A stretch of DNA of 64,000 nt. Source: Nageia nagi. Lineage: Eukaryota; Plantae; Pinophyta. Numbering within the stretch: the first letter of the stretch is position 1; each line of letters opens with the position of its first letter. Under the pieces are notes generated by a model, which did no database searches, was not told the DNA's origin, and saw only the letters and a program-made list of their open reading frames with translations. This document shows, one piece after another, positions 1 through 11,657 of this stretch. The stretch is from NCBI GenBank assembly GCA_050084985.1, contig JBITNC010000001.1, positions 125,116,001 to 125,180,000 of the forward strand, written 5' to 3'. The position numbers and the translations under genes were made by a program.

Positions 1-1426
1 GAGTTGGCTTTTTTATTCATCCTTTATCCTCACTTTATCATGTGAAATTCAATTATGCTTTCTTAGCCTTTTAATCCTAGCATTGTTTGCCACCAAAATT
101 TCACTGATGTATATAATTTCATTTGCAAGACCTTTATTGAGGCTTAAAAGGTTTAAGATACTTTTTCCTTCTTTTCAAGCACTCTCCAATCTCTTTTTCA
201 TAACCATTGAGAGATCCAAGGATATAGTTTATTTTGCTTATTTCTTGGTCTTACTTTTCATAGAGGCTTCTCTCTTCTCTTCTGTGACTTCTTTCCTTCT
301 AAATTTATCTACAAATGCTTCTTCTGCCTCATGCTGGTTTCTTCTACAATTTATGAATTGGTCTTCCCTGCACCACATACAGGCTTCTCCTTAATATATA
401 TATTATCATCATGACCATGGGTATACAACTGACATAAAAAATTAGACTTTTGTCACCTTACTATAGTATAAGATAAAGCTAAGCCCAATGTGGTTTTCTT
501 TGCCACCATCATTCTTATTGTGTGATGCACATGGGTATGACGACTAACATTGACAATAGTTTCTTGCATCTATTGCCATTGCTCTATATCACAATTACTC
601 AAAAATAAAAACTGCAGCATGATTAACGCAGTTTTCACTTTTTATCAATGAGTCTTATTATTCTACAATGTCAAATTCATCATTATTATCTCCTGCTTCC
701 ACAAGTTAAGTTGTCTTATTGCACAGATTGTGCCCTTTTATTCTAAACCTATTTGAGGCTATGGAATAGCCATGCCCCATTTTGAGTAATCATCTTTATA
801 TAATTTGAAATATTCTTTGTATGTTTCTATAATATGAGTTGCTATTCATTCTATCTTATGCCATGTTAGAAGATTTAGAGGTTTCATATTTGAAATAAAG
901 TGGTGCATGTTTAGATTGTAGCTTAACAAGGAATCTTTCATTGACAATATTATTTTTGTCGGTTGTTTTTCTTTTTTTTTTGTGAAATGACAAATGTTAT
1001 CAGTCAAACATGTTTTAGCATGTGTATCCTTGTAAAGCCTTGTCATGGCACAAGCAACTGCTTTTTTCATTGTATATGAAATTATCTTACTATTTTTAGT
1101 TGAGAAATTGTTAACATTGTATAAATAGCAGTTTTGTTTGACATTGTAGGATATGATTTTGTATTAATCAATTGTTAAAAGAAAGATGTCATATGAGACA
1201 CATTTAAGTATATTTATGTGAGTTATGTATATGTTGTCCTGTTTTGTGCGCGCTTTTTTTATGATCAGTGTAGTAATCAATTTGGCGATGTACTTGTTTA
1301 ATATATTCTTCTTGTAGCTTGACTCTTCAAATACTGAAGTCTATAGTCATGTTTGAAGAATACAGCTCAACCTTTGTTGGGTTTATCCTCTATTGGAAAT
1401 AATGAACTTTTTAAATTTTAATGCAG

Positions 1427-1600
1427 ATTGTGAAGTTGATTGGAGCTAAAGAGGCAAATCATATCGAGTTTTGTAGAATCCGAAACATGGCAAAGCAGAT
1501 ATTATACATGCATGAAAAAACTGAACTCAGGGCCATCACTCAGAAGTTGATAGATCCTACATGGGTGGCAACAGGATTGAAGATTGATCTAGAAGGATTG
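1427..1600 (+). CDS. MSH1: MSH1 internal exon (first in window)
   Basis: cag acceptor at 1424-1426 and gt donor at 1601. Translates IVKLIGAKEANHIEFCRIRN...DPTWVATGLKIDLEGL, matching the plant MSH1 segment LVKLLELREANYIEFCRIKN...DPTWVATGLKID (recalled). 174 nt, phase 0-0. Confidence 0.95.
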
Positions 1601-4077
1601 GTATTTTCCTTGGACATGTATTCTTCACTCATTTGCTATAGTTTTTGTTTATGGATGCTTCCTTTTATTTCCTTTTAGGCACCTTTGTGTTTAATTCAAT
1701 TCACACCTATTATAATTTATCAATGAAGAGGAACACAGGATTGTGGAGAAAGTTGCATGATGCCTGTAACTATTAGAATTACGGGAGCATAAGGTTGACA
1801 TAGGAACATTGGTGTTTTTTAATGAACATTTTCTCTTTGCTATTTAGAAAGAATTGTATTTTTCCTTTCATTTCCATTACTTGGGCTTCTTCAATTATAA
1901 TTCATGTTACTTTTGTTCTCACTGATCCACATAGGCTTCTTCATTGCCAATTTTCCTCTCATTGATGACGTTTTCCAATCCATGTTCATATTTTCAACAG
2001 TCAAATATTCAATTATCCACTAGAAAGTCTGCTTATTTTCCTTCAGTCTTTCATTATTGACTGATTCTCTTTTGTTTATGTCATCTAAGGTGTGTCTTCT
2101 AGTAGTGTTGTTACGATTAGGTGAACACAATTGTTTGTTGACCCTTCCACATATACTTATTCCTTGACTTTCTCAACTATTTCAGTTACAGTTTCTGGGA
2201 CCCTTTTGCAAGATCAATGTTTTCTTTTGTTTGGCACAGCTTCTTCTCAGTAATCCTTGCTGACCATCTCAGGGGTAATTGTCATTAGCATTGCAGTGTT
2301 GTCAAATGACACACTTTGATTGTGATGCTAACATGTCAACATGCTTTATGTTTTCAGAGATGCCAATATAATTTCAAATTTAAACATGAGCATGTAAATG
2401 TAGAAAAATGTTGGAATTTGGCAAGAATATTCCTTAAATTTACTCTCTTATCCACTTTATTTGGCATTTCGACTGTTATTTATTTTGTTTATTTTAAACT
2501 TCTATAGGCATCAAATTGATTTAGATGGTGGCAATTGAAGAGCCTTCATCATATATTGCTCAACCTCGTAGGCATTGGAAATGAATGAATAGGATGGGTT
2601 GAAGTTGGGATTAAATAATGGCTGTGTTTATAATAGATCAATATTAGATAATAGAAAAATATTACTTGTTAGTTTTTAGTTAAAATTGATGCCACTTGCA
2701 TATATATTTTTATAGACACTTAGATATGCTTTTTTTTCTATTTAAAATATATGTGTAAATGTTTTATTTGATTTATTTAAAGTGTCAATTTGAGATCCAC
2801 TTGGGGTCATTTTTAGAAATTAATTTGTGTAATATCTTTTTATTTTAATTAAAAATTAGACTTCTACAAGTTTATATAAATAGAAGAGTTAAAAACTTTA
2901 TTTAAAAGGAGGAAAAAATACAAAAAAAAAAAAAAAAGAAAAACATTTTGGAAATTCACAAGAGGTTTTCTAACGCTAATATCTTTTATAAGACTAATCA
3001 GCATTCTCCCAAGCTTGTCAAAGCGTTTCCAGAAATCATGTTCGTTGGCATTGCAACGTGATTCTATAAGAAAATTGTCCGAACTAACTTGAGCATTGTA
3101 GGATGCATCAATTAAAGATTGCCACATGCCAAAAGGATACTAGATCTAGAGGGCGGGTGTTTTGGACCTTACATACTAGAGTGTGGTTGTTGTGGGACCT
3201 CAATCCTAGATCATAAGTGATGTAGTCCTCAACCTAGATCGACCTTGAACCAATCTTGAAAGATAATTTTAGTGTAGCATAGCATAGATTTGCGATCTTG
3301 TTTCTGAATGCCTTGATTTTTCCTCCAAGAACACAAGTTGCCCATTAACCTTCCTTCAATATGTCGAACACCAAATATGTTCTCTCTATATCGCCCCTAG
3401 TCAATAGTGCATAATCCTAGTTATTCAACTTTATATTGTAAGATTCCAAATTAGCAAAATTAATATTTTACCCAAAAGTGCTAATTCAAAACGACAACAA
3501 TTTTGTAATTGAGCCAAAACATCAAATTTGAAATTAATTGCAACTAGGAGCCAAATAAAATATTCAAAATTCGTCCAAAAATTGCCCTAACGTTGGACAC
3601 CACACTACAAAGCTCAAAATGGTCCAAAGTGCTAGACATATGGCTTTGGAGATGAGATTTGTTAGAAAACAACTCCAAAAGCTCAACTAGCTGGACTTAT
3701 AAGTCCAAGAGATGGAATAGTGTCCCGAAATGTGTAAATTCTCCTCCAAGATTGGATGCCACACTGCTAGGGTCTCAAACCCCTGAATCTGAATAATGAA
3801 ATCTCAATGAACCACTCCCCAAGCTGGATGCACCATTGAAGGTCTTCCAATTGCCAAAGCCAATGCTCTGGAGCACCTTGTGAAGGATAAATTCCTATGA
3901 ACACAAGGGTTTTTTTTCCTTGGTCAACGGCCAATGCTAAACTCGTCAAGGGTTTTCGTCCTGAAGAAACCTCCTTACTGTAGGTTTTCGTCGACAGGAA
4001 GGGATGAGAAGTGACAAGTCACTCACTCAAGAGATAGAAGATGGTAGATGACAAAGATGATTTCCAAATGAGGCATC

Positions 4078-5586
4078 TGTGATGTCTCCCTTGCATGATT
4101 GTAATTAATTATGGAATCCAACGGATTCCTCTTGTAATATATTTTATTATTGCATTGTACTTTCATGTTGTAACTTGGGATAGACGACTTGGGTCAATGG
4201 AGCCCACTGTGAGCCCCAAGTGGGACGTCTCCCTACCAAGCATAGATTAGGCATTTTATTATACTTGGAGGTCCCGATCTTGATTGTGGGAATCCCAAGG
4301 TTTGTTTTACACTTAAGTGGATGGATGAGCACTTGTATACATGCGCCAGCCTTGGGGAGACTCCTCGACCCCCACGTTGGCCCATTATGACACCTAGATC
4401 CCAAGCATGGCTTCTAGACCCACGTTGGGCATGTGTAGCACTCCTAGACCCCCACGTTGGCATTTATGGCACTCCAGGCCCCACGTTGGCATGCCTGACT
4501 CCTAGGCACCCATGTTGGGCATTTTGGCCCCTAGGAGGCTAACGTTGGGATTAAGGAGTCGAGTGATCCTAGGTGAGATCCAAACAGAGTTGAGTGTATA
4601 AAGAGACATTGGAGCCTCATTGTTGGATATACCTGATCTATTATCTCATTGATACCATCTTGTGGAGGACAGCAGTCTTAGTGGCACTAAACAATCCCCT
4701 AGGTGCAACATCTAGGAGGGCCATCGAGATGAGGGATTCTGATTGTCTACGACATTGGTGTAGCAACCTTGCCCATCCAATGGTATTTTGAGGTTGAGCT
4801 TCTGCCATTCAGTTGGCCGCTAGGATTTGAGGAGGGCTCCTTGGGTGGAGAGGATTTAGGTTCTGAGGGAGCCAGGTTGTCCCATGGTTCTACTTGACTG
4901 TCCAACATTGAGGATAACGACTTGCCCTAGTTGGCTTCTTGGAGGCCAACATTCAGCTTTTGGAGCTTGGTATTGTATCATTGTTCATTCTTTATCATAT
5001 ATGCAGCAAGTGGGCATTCAGATCTCATATTATCTTATGCATGTGTCCATAATTGCAACATTTGGTGTATTTGTCTATTTTATGCATGCATGAGCTAGAC
5101 GGCATTATGAGGGTTCGATTATTGATATCTGCTTGCCTTGGCCAGACGTCGCCTTTTGTATGTTGATTGAGCTTGTATTTGGTGCCCTAACCCTAATGTT
5201 GGTATATTAAGGTATTAGATGCTTGTAATTGCCCTTCTGGACCAGACGTTGGTTGCATACTTGTGTATTTTGGTATAATTGCACTCGAGTTGTGTTTTGG
5301 ATCCTTACAGTGGTATCAGAGGTTGGATCTGGCCAGCCTGTGTATGAGACTTGTAGTACATTGTTATTACACTAGATCCAGCACTTAGGGAGAGATGGAA
5401 TCTGCAAGGAAGAGCAGAAAGTCACACATAGAAGAGACACCTTCTAGGGCTGTCCATCAGGAGGATCGTTGACAGTGGATGATGAGGCACCAAACGAAGG
5501 AGCATTCGAAGAGGAAGAGGATGCACCAAGGGTGAGATCCACTGCAGATAGAAGAAGGAGCTCAACTCTGGTTCAGGATTCCACAC
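4078..5586 (+). mobile_element. Truncated Ty3/Gypsy element: 5' LTR (4078-5309), tRNA-iMet PBS and start of internal region
   Basis: TGTGATGT...TTACA termini and PBS TGGTATCAGAG at 5311-5321. The LTR is the same family as the reverse complement of 22759-23943 and contains ~30-bp CCCACGTTGGGC subrepeats. Cut off by the next element at 5587. Confidence 0.85.
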
Positions 5587-7520
5587 TATTGGTATGTTTT
5601 TCTTTCCTCACCTAAAACATGCATAAGATCTAGATGAAACAATGTTACTTGTTTCCACCTGAAAGGATTGGTTACCCCAAGTGCTTACATGGAATATGGA
5701 CTAGAGCACAATGGATAGAGATGAATGTTGTTAATTGTATACAAGGGAAATACATCGTCGACATTCGCTTCCATAAAGAGGAAAGATTGCAAATGTGAAC
5801 GAAAGCGAAGAAAGATCACAAATGCAAGGATAAATGCATAGGAATATGAATAATGAACTTATGAAGGTATCGCCAATGATGCGGTGTCCAACAGGCCATC
5901 TCTAGATTTTTTAAGAAAATGTAATCACTTATCAAGCTGGGCAGCAAATAGCAAAAGGCTCTAGTTACTACCACACAAGAGCAGGAAGTTGTAGTGTCTT
6001 TGATGGAAGATTGAATGGAATGGGGTGAAGGGAAATGACCAACATGTGAATACATAAGTCTAATTAAATGACATAGAAATAAGCTATACACCCCAGAATA
6101 CATCCACTTACGTGCAAATCATACAATGAACAATTAAAACCACTTCGAAAGATATTCAATTATCTTCTTCTAGAACTTGCAGTTTTCAAAGATAATGCAC
6201 TTAAGCAGTAAAAACCATTCAAACCAGCAAGAAAATTGTACAGGATAAGATGCATGATCCCACATATGATAGTCTTCACAGCATTTACTTTACAAAACCA
6301 TTCCAGAAAGAAATCAATTCTCAATGATATTCAATAATATAAACATAAACATTCCTTACTTGATTGCAGTACCATCAATATGATAGTCAAAATGCACCAG
6401 AGATATAAAAGTATGCAACCATGATATACAAAGAATCCCTTATGCCGCAAATTCTTGTGCAATGGAATGCTGAAATCTTTCATATGCAAGAATTCTCATA
6501 TATGCAACAATCTTTCCTTCATATATTTTGCCTTCAAAGCCTGCATTCATCATCATCCAATTACCGTCATTTTATCTGTTGTGAGAATAAAATCGTGGGA
6601 AATTCTCCCATATTGGGTGCATGTGGTCAAATAAGAATTCAGTGTTAGCCATGGAAGTTACCCTCACCCTACTGTGAAGGAGTAGGAAAACTAGGTAGGA
6701 GTTAATGTAGAATTTTTTGCCAGCCTACACGTTTATCAACTGTTGGGCCAAACAATTGTTGATCACTCTACTCCACCTTATGCCTTTACCACTATTGATC
6801 ATATCTATTAACCCTACGAACTCTAGCCAGAATTTGGTGTTGTCTTTCTATCCGGTCACTCTGGAGAGCATTGATATGATCTTGGAAACTGTAGGATACA
6901 ATTTTGTTCTCTTGGGTGTCACGAAGGCTTTCCTAGTAAGGTGCTTATGGTCATCAGCTAACCAATCTTTGATCGAAGCAGATGGAGGCTTCAAACTCTT
7001 GTAGTATCTGAAGGAGTCTTGCACACTATATGATATACCTTCACTTGTCCAAGCGAAGGCCAACTTTATTCCTTTCTCTGAGAAATCCATGATCACTACA
7101 TTATTTCTATCCAGGAGTCTCTGTCTTCTAGTGTTGTAATGCTTTCCTAGTTTGTAGCACAACTTTGGGAAGGGTGAGGCAAATGGCACCATAGATGCCT
7201 TTACTAGCAAAGATGATTTAAATGTGTCGTTTATTAGCAAAGCATGATCCATAAACTCTATCTTTGTCAATGTTTTGATTGGATCCTGTAATGACCCTAT
7301 TTTTAAGAATATCTTGCATTTGGGATTTTCCACAAATCTTTTCTCGTACAAGTCAGATATGGTCGTTGCACCTTCAGAATTGGATAGAGCATCTCGTGGC
7401 ATTTGTTTTAAGTGGTCACATGACCCCTTTTGGACAAGAAATGAAGGAGTTATGGCTACTTGAAGTTCGCCAGTCGGACCAGTCTTCCATATCGTGCCTA
7501 CACACGAAAATCCACTTAAC
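5587..7520 (-). mobile_element. Fragment of giant-LTR family carrying accessory ORF copy A
   Basis: 5587-5725 is the reverse complement of the LTR end at 48940-49064 and starts TATTGG (decayed TGTTGG). ORF 6848-7402 and its continuation past a stop (KDNTKFWLEFVGLIDMINSGKGIRWSRVINNCLAQQL...KKFYINSYLV) are homologous to ORFs 37908-38501 and 44338-45087. Confidence 0.75.
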
Positions 7521-8134
7521 TTAGTGGATTTTTACTTAAAAGTGCAATGTTGAATTATAATAAACTTTTATGTTATTCTAATATTATTTGAAGTACTTTT
7601 ATTTGTAATAAGGCCAATCAATGGGTTAGATTAGCTTAGAGGGGTCAATGCAAGATTAGGGTTGGAGTCTATATAAGGAGATGCAACACTCCATTTTGGG
7701 CATGTTATGTGGTATGAGAATTGAATATTGAAACCCTAGAGTTTCCATGAGTTGAGATTGCAGGTCTTGCTTATTCCCATATTGCATTGGAGGTGCATGG
7801 TTGGGGACTTGGCAATATCATTGAAGGTGTTATTGCCCTAAAATATCAAAAATACAAAAAGAGGCATCTCTGAGTGGTTCGTGGTATTTCTTTTGTGGAG
7901 GGATTCACTCAATTTGGAAAGTTTGTATCTGCATTTTTAGTTCCGTGAGGATTCCATTTGTCCATTCCAGCTTTGTATTGGTTTGGAAATATTTAATATA
8001 TGATACTGGCTGATTTCTCCTCATACTAGTGTTATTTTATGATCAATTTCTGAGTTGTTTTATAGCTGCAATTTATTTCTGCATTTTTATGTTGAGGGTT
8101 TGCTAGAAATAAAGAAATAAAAATAAAAGGAACA

Positions 8135-9340
8135 TCACAGATCCAAGGAGTTACAATCAGTATCTCCAATCTCACTTAGACGGTCAGTGATCTTCGCCAT
8201 GGGCATCACTAGCTTTGTAGTATGTTCAAGGGTGATGTGGCTCTCCATCATGAGCCTTCTTTGCTTTTGGGCTTTAATATTTTGTACGACTAACGCCATT
8301 TTATCCCTCTTAAGTGAACAACACAATGTTAGGAGAGCTCTAGCAACTATCTTGCACTTTCTAGGCAAAAAGAGGAATTTTGGATTTTTTGGAAATTTTC
8401 CTAAATATGCCATCATTGAAAATGAACCAAAATTGCAAAGTTTTGTGAGTGAAGTTGGAATGATACCAAGGTAACTGACTCTAAGGGGGAAGTGCCTTGG
8501 GAAGACTTTGGGAAAATTTGGGATTTTGGAAGACTTTGCAAGATTTTAGCTCAAAAATAGAGCTTGTTGGAAAAATTAGAGACTTATCAAAATTTTGCCA
8601 AGGAAAGAGAGGCAAATTTGGAAAATAGGTTAAGTGATGCAGGAATTGGTTTCTAACACCTTGAGCAGATGGAGAATGAGTAGGGCAGGTGTTTTGGATT
8701 TTGAAACGGCCAATTCCGAATTGAAAAACACTTTTTAGAGAACTTTGAAAAATTTTCGAAAAATTTGAATTTTAGGCACTCAGATCTTGGATCTTGGAAT
8801 TTTTTGTGTTTCTTTTGGGTGAAATTAAAATTGATCCCAAGGGTAATGGGTATCCAAATATGTAATCCAATTTGAAATCTGAAAAAAATATTTTTCAAGG
8901 GTTTGGGATCTTGGAAAATGGGGTTTTGGAGCATAAATCCTTAAAATTTTGAAAATAATGGATTATGATCGTTCAAAGCATCTATGAACCCATCTATACC
9001 CCCATTGCACATAATTCTCTAGACCACCTGATCTTATCTGAATTCTTCTCCGGAGGTCGGTTCAAGATGCTTCTGGCCCGTCATCTTCCTTGCATGGAAC
9101 TAACACGATGATTGACTATGGGTGCTCCTCCCTATATTGTGTTTTTCAATTTGCCACCCTAGTTTTTGAATCTCAACCTTCTATCAATCACCACAATCTA
9201 GGGTTCTCACTATCACGATCCTTGGCATTGCTACGGAGTCCTTGCGTGTATTTCCTTCACACACACTCCTTCGAGTGCACCATTTTTCACTCATGTGAGT
9301 CATGCGAGGTACTTCTCTCCCCTCCCGCCCTACCGGAATT
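8135..9340 (-). mobile_element. Probable further giant-LTR fragment with the N-terminus of an accessory ORF copy
   Basis: ORF 8135-8416 ends RLSEIGDTDCNSLDL, resembling FATIGDIDWQNVDP (copy B) and PPDTDWGNIDP (copy C). The match is short and the boundaries are approximate. Confidence 0.4.
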
Positions 9341-9669
9341 TTAATAATGGCTGTTCAATATGGAGTAAATGTTGTTTACTTTATCAGTGGCTACTTGCAA
9401 GCTTTGATTAGATGTAGGTTGCTACATACTGGTGTGGATGCTTCGCTTTTTATTTTTTTTGTAAGTCCAAGTTATCACAAATCATGATTAATTGTTTGTG
9501 TAATATGATTTTGAGAAATGTCTTGTTTCACATTAAATTGAAAAGTCTTTACTAGTTGAACAAAATGTGTTACAATACTTTGTTATTTTAAGATTTATAA
9601 TATGATAACAGTTAGTTTCCTACATATGTAGCCAAGTATATTTGACAATCTGATGCATATAAATTACAG

Positions 9670-9876
9670 GTAAAAGAATGCAGAGAGATTGCAGATTCAA
9701 TTGGTGAAATAATCATTCTCGAGGGAGAGTCAGATCAAGCTGTCCACAGTTCTTCAATCATCCCTTCTGATTTCTTTATAGACATGGAATCTTCATGGAA
9801 GGGTCGTGTAAAACGTGTGCATGCAGAAGATGTCTTTCAAGAAGTTGAAGAAGCTGCTGAAGCTTTATCCTTGGCT
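9670..9876 (+). CDS. MSH1: MSH1 internal exon (not in ORF track)
   Basis: ttacag acceptor and gtaagt donor. Translates VKECREIADSIGEII...DFFIDMESSWKGRVKRVHAEDVFQEVEEAAEALSLA, with the MSH1 motif DMESSWxGRVK. 207 nt, phase 0-0. Confidence 0.95.
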
Positions 9877-10294
9877 GTAAGTTTGGAATTTGTTTTCTTC
9901 TATATTTTTATTCCAGTCCTATGTTTTCTGAAAATCATATATCTTTTGTCATGAGTTTTCTGCTCAAGTATTTGAACTTCACAAATAAACTTGCCATACA
10001 TCTGATTGATAATAGTGTTGCATTTAGATTGTAATTTCAGCCATGTAGATATGTTGGCATGCACAAAACGTCATTTCAATGTGTATACTTTCAAATACTT
10101 TTCAAATTGGAAATTGTCAAATATGTACATCAATCAAACTTTTCAAATTGACATTTATAATTTGTAGGATTAGATCTTTCATCTCACATTTCATTATGGT
10201 ATGGAAAACAGTAACTCCTTCCTTCTGGGATGACAGTTTGGAAATTGTTCTATTTTCAACTAAGTTTCTTTTCTACCAATTGACGGTTCTTCAG

Positions 10295-10554
10295 GTAGAA
10301 GAAGGTTTTCTTCCAATTATCTTAAGAGTGAAGGCTGTTTCTAATCCTCTGGGAAGTGGGACTAAGGGTGAAGTACTGTATGCCAGAGAGCATGAGTCTG
10401 TCTGGTTCAAGGGAAAATCATTCACCCCAGCTGTGTGGGGCAATACTCCTGGGGAAGAACAGATAAAAAACTTAATACCTGCAACAGATGCAAAAGGGAA
10501 GAAGGTTGGTGCTGAATGGTATACCACAAAAAAAGTGGAGGCAGCATTAAATAG
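10295..10554 (+). CDS. MSH1: MSH1 internal exon
   Basis: ttcag acceptor and AG|gtgcga donor. Encodes KGEVLYAREHESVWFKGKSFTP...KGKKVGAEWYTTKKVEAAL, strongly conserved in MSH1. Phase 0-2. Confidence 0.95.
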
Positions 10555-10898
10555 GTGCGATCTTTTTGATGAAATAGGCTAGTCAGTTTCTTTTTACACC
10601 ATTTGATACATTTTCATACTTTCCTAAAACATTTCTTGAAATGCCAGTATTAGATGTTGATGCTAGTACGCTGTAGACTATACACATTGATTTAGCTTAG
10701 TAATTATATATGGCTGTCCAAATATGGCGGGGAATTCATATATAACAAATTTGGGATCTTCTAGACAATATTCTAGAAGTAATTGGAAGGAACCAAGATG
10801 AATATTTTTCAATCTTATTGTATGTAAACGTTAGAGCAGATAATGGTAAGGAAATAATTTTGCCCCTTCTAAGGTTTCAGAATGGTTGTGTATTGCAG

Positions 10899-11042
10899 TT
10901 ACAGGGAGGCAGTTCTCCAAGCAAATTTGAAAGTCATGGAGATTTTAAAGGGACTTGCTGCAAAATTGCAGTTGAAGACGAACACTATTGTTTTTTTATC
11001 TGTATTATTGGTTATTACAAAAACGCTTTTTGGACATGTCAG
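10899..11042 (+). CDS. MSH1: MSH1 internal exon
   Basis: ttgcag acceptor and AG|gttaga donor. Encodes YREAVLQANLKVMEILKGLAAKLQLKTNTIVFLSVLLVITKTLFGHV. Phase 2-2, consistent with neighbours. Confidence 0.93.
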
Positions 11043-11657
11043 GTTAGAAGGCTCTCTCTATTTTAGTATTATATGCAATGTGCCTATTTAATTAAAACTT
11101 CAAAAAACTAAATCCTTTTACTATAGCTGTTTTCAACTATGAGCGCAAGATGGATCCACGGCATTTAGTTAAATAGAAAATACATGCGACAAAATCTTTG
11201 GAGCATTATTATCTATCACATGTGTGATAGCAGTTGCATATAAAATTCTAGTTGCAATTGCAATCTTGATGACCTTATGGTTTCAAAGCATCCTTCGGAT
11301 ATAATATCTTATAATAAGCAATAAAAGCCAATTTATAACTTCACACAGTTGAGTCAGTTCATAGAGATTTTGACCTCTTATTTTGCATGCGTTTAAATGT
11401 GGTCCAAGACATTTAGTCGTAATTAGTTAAAGCAGTAATATTGGTAATATTAAAGCAGTCTCAAATAATTTGTAATTTGTTAATATTTCAGTTTAAAATT
11501 AATAATAATTCTGTTGCTTCTTAGCTCAAAGAAACAAAGATGTTATCTTAATGTTCACGAGTGACGAAAGTAGATGAATGGGACTTGCCTAGATTCAAAA
11601 TATAGTAGAAGCCTGTAGCCACAAAAGAGAGAACAATGTATTAAAATAAATACATTT

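Noticed and set aside
83-760. Possible LINE ORF1 zinc-knuckle remnant on the minus strand, and ORF 83-394
   Set aside because: Only a faint FLC...GH pattern amid many stops, too degraded to support.
2864-3127. 87-aa minus-strand ORF as a gene or transposase fragment
   Set aside because: No recognisable motif, and the end runs through a poly-A tract.
7548-8139. Solo LTR (TGTTG start, TATA box, CA end)
   Set aside because: It looks LTR-like but has no matching TSD or second copy, so it was left uncalled.
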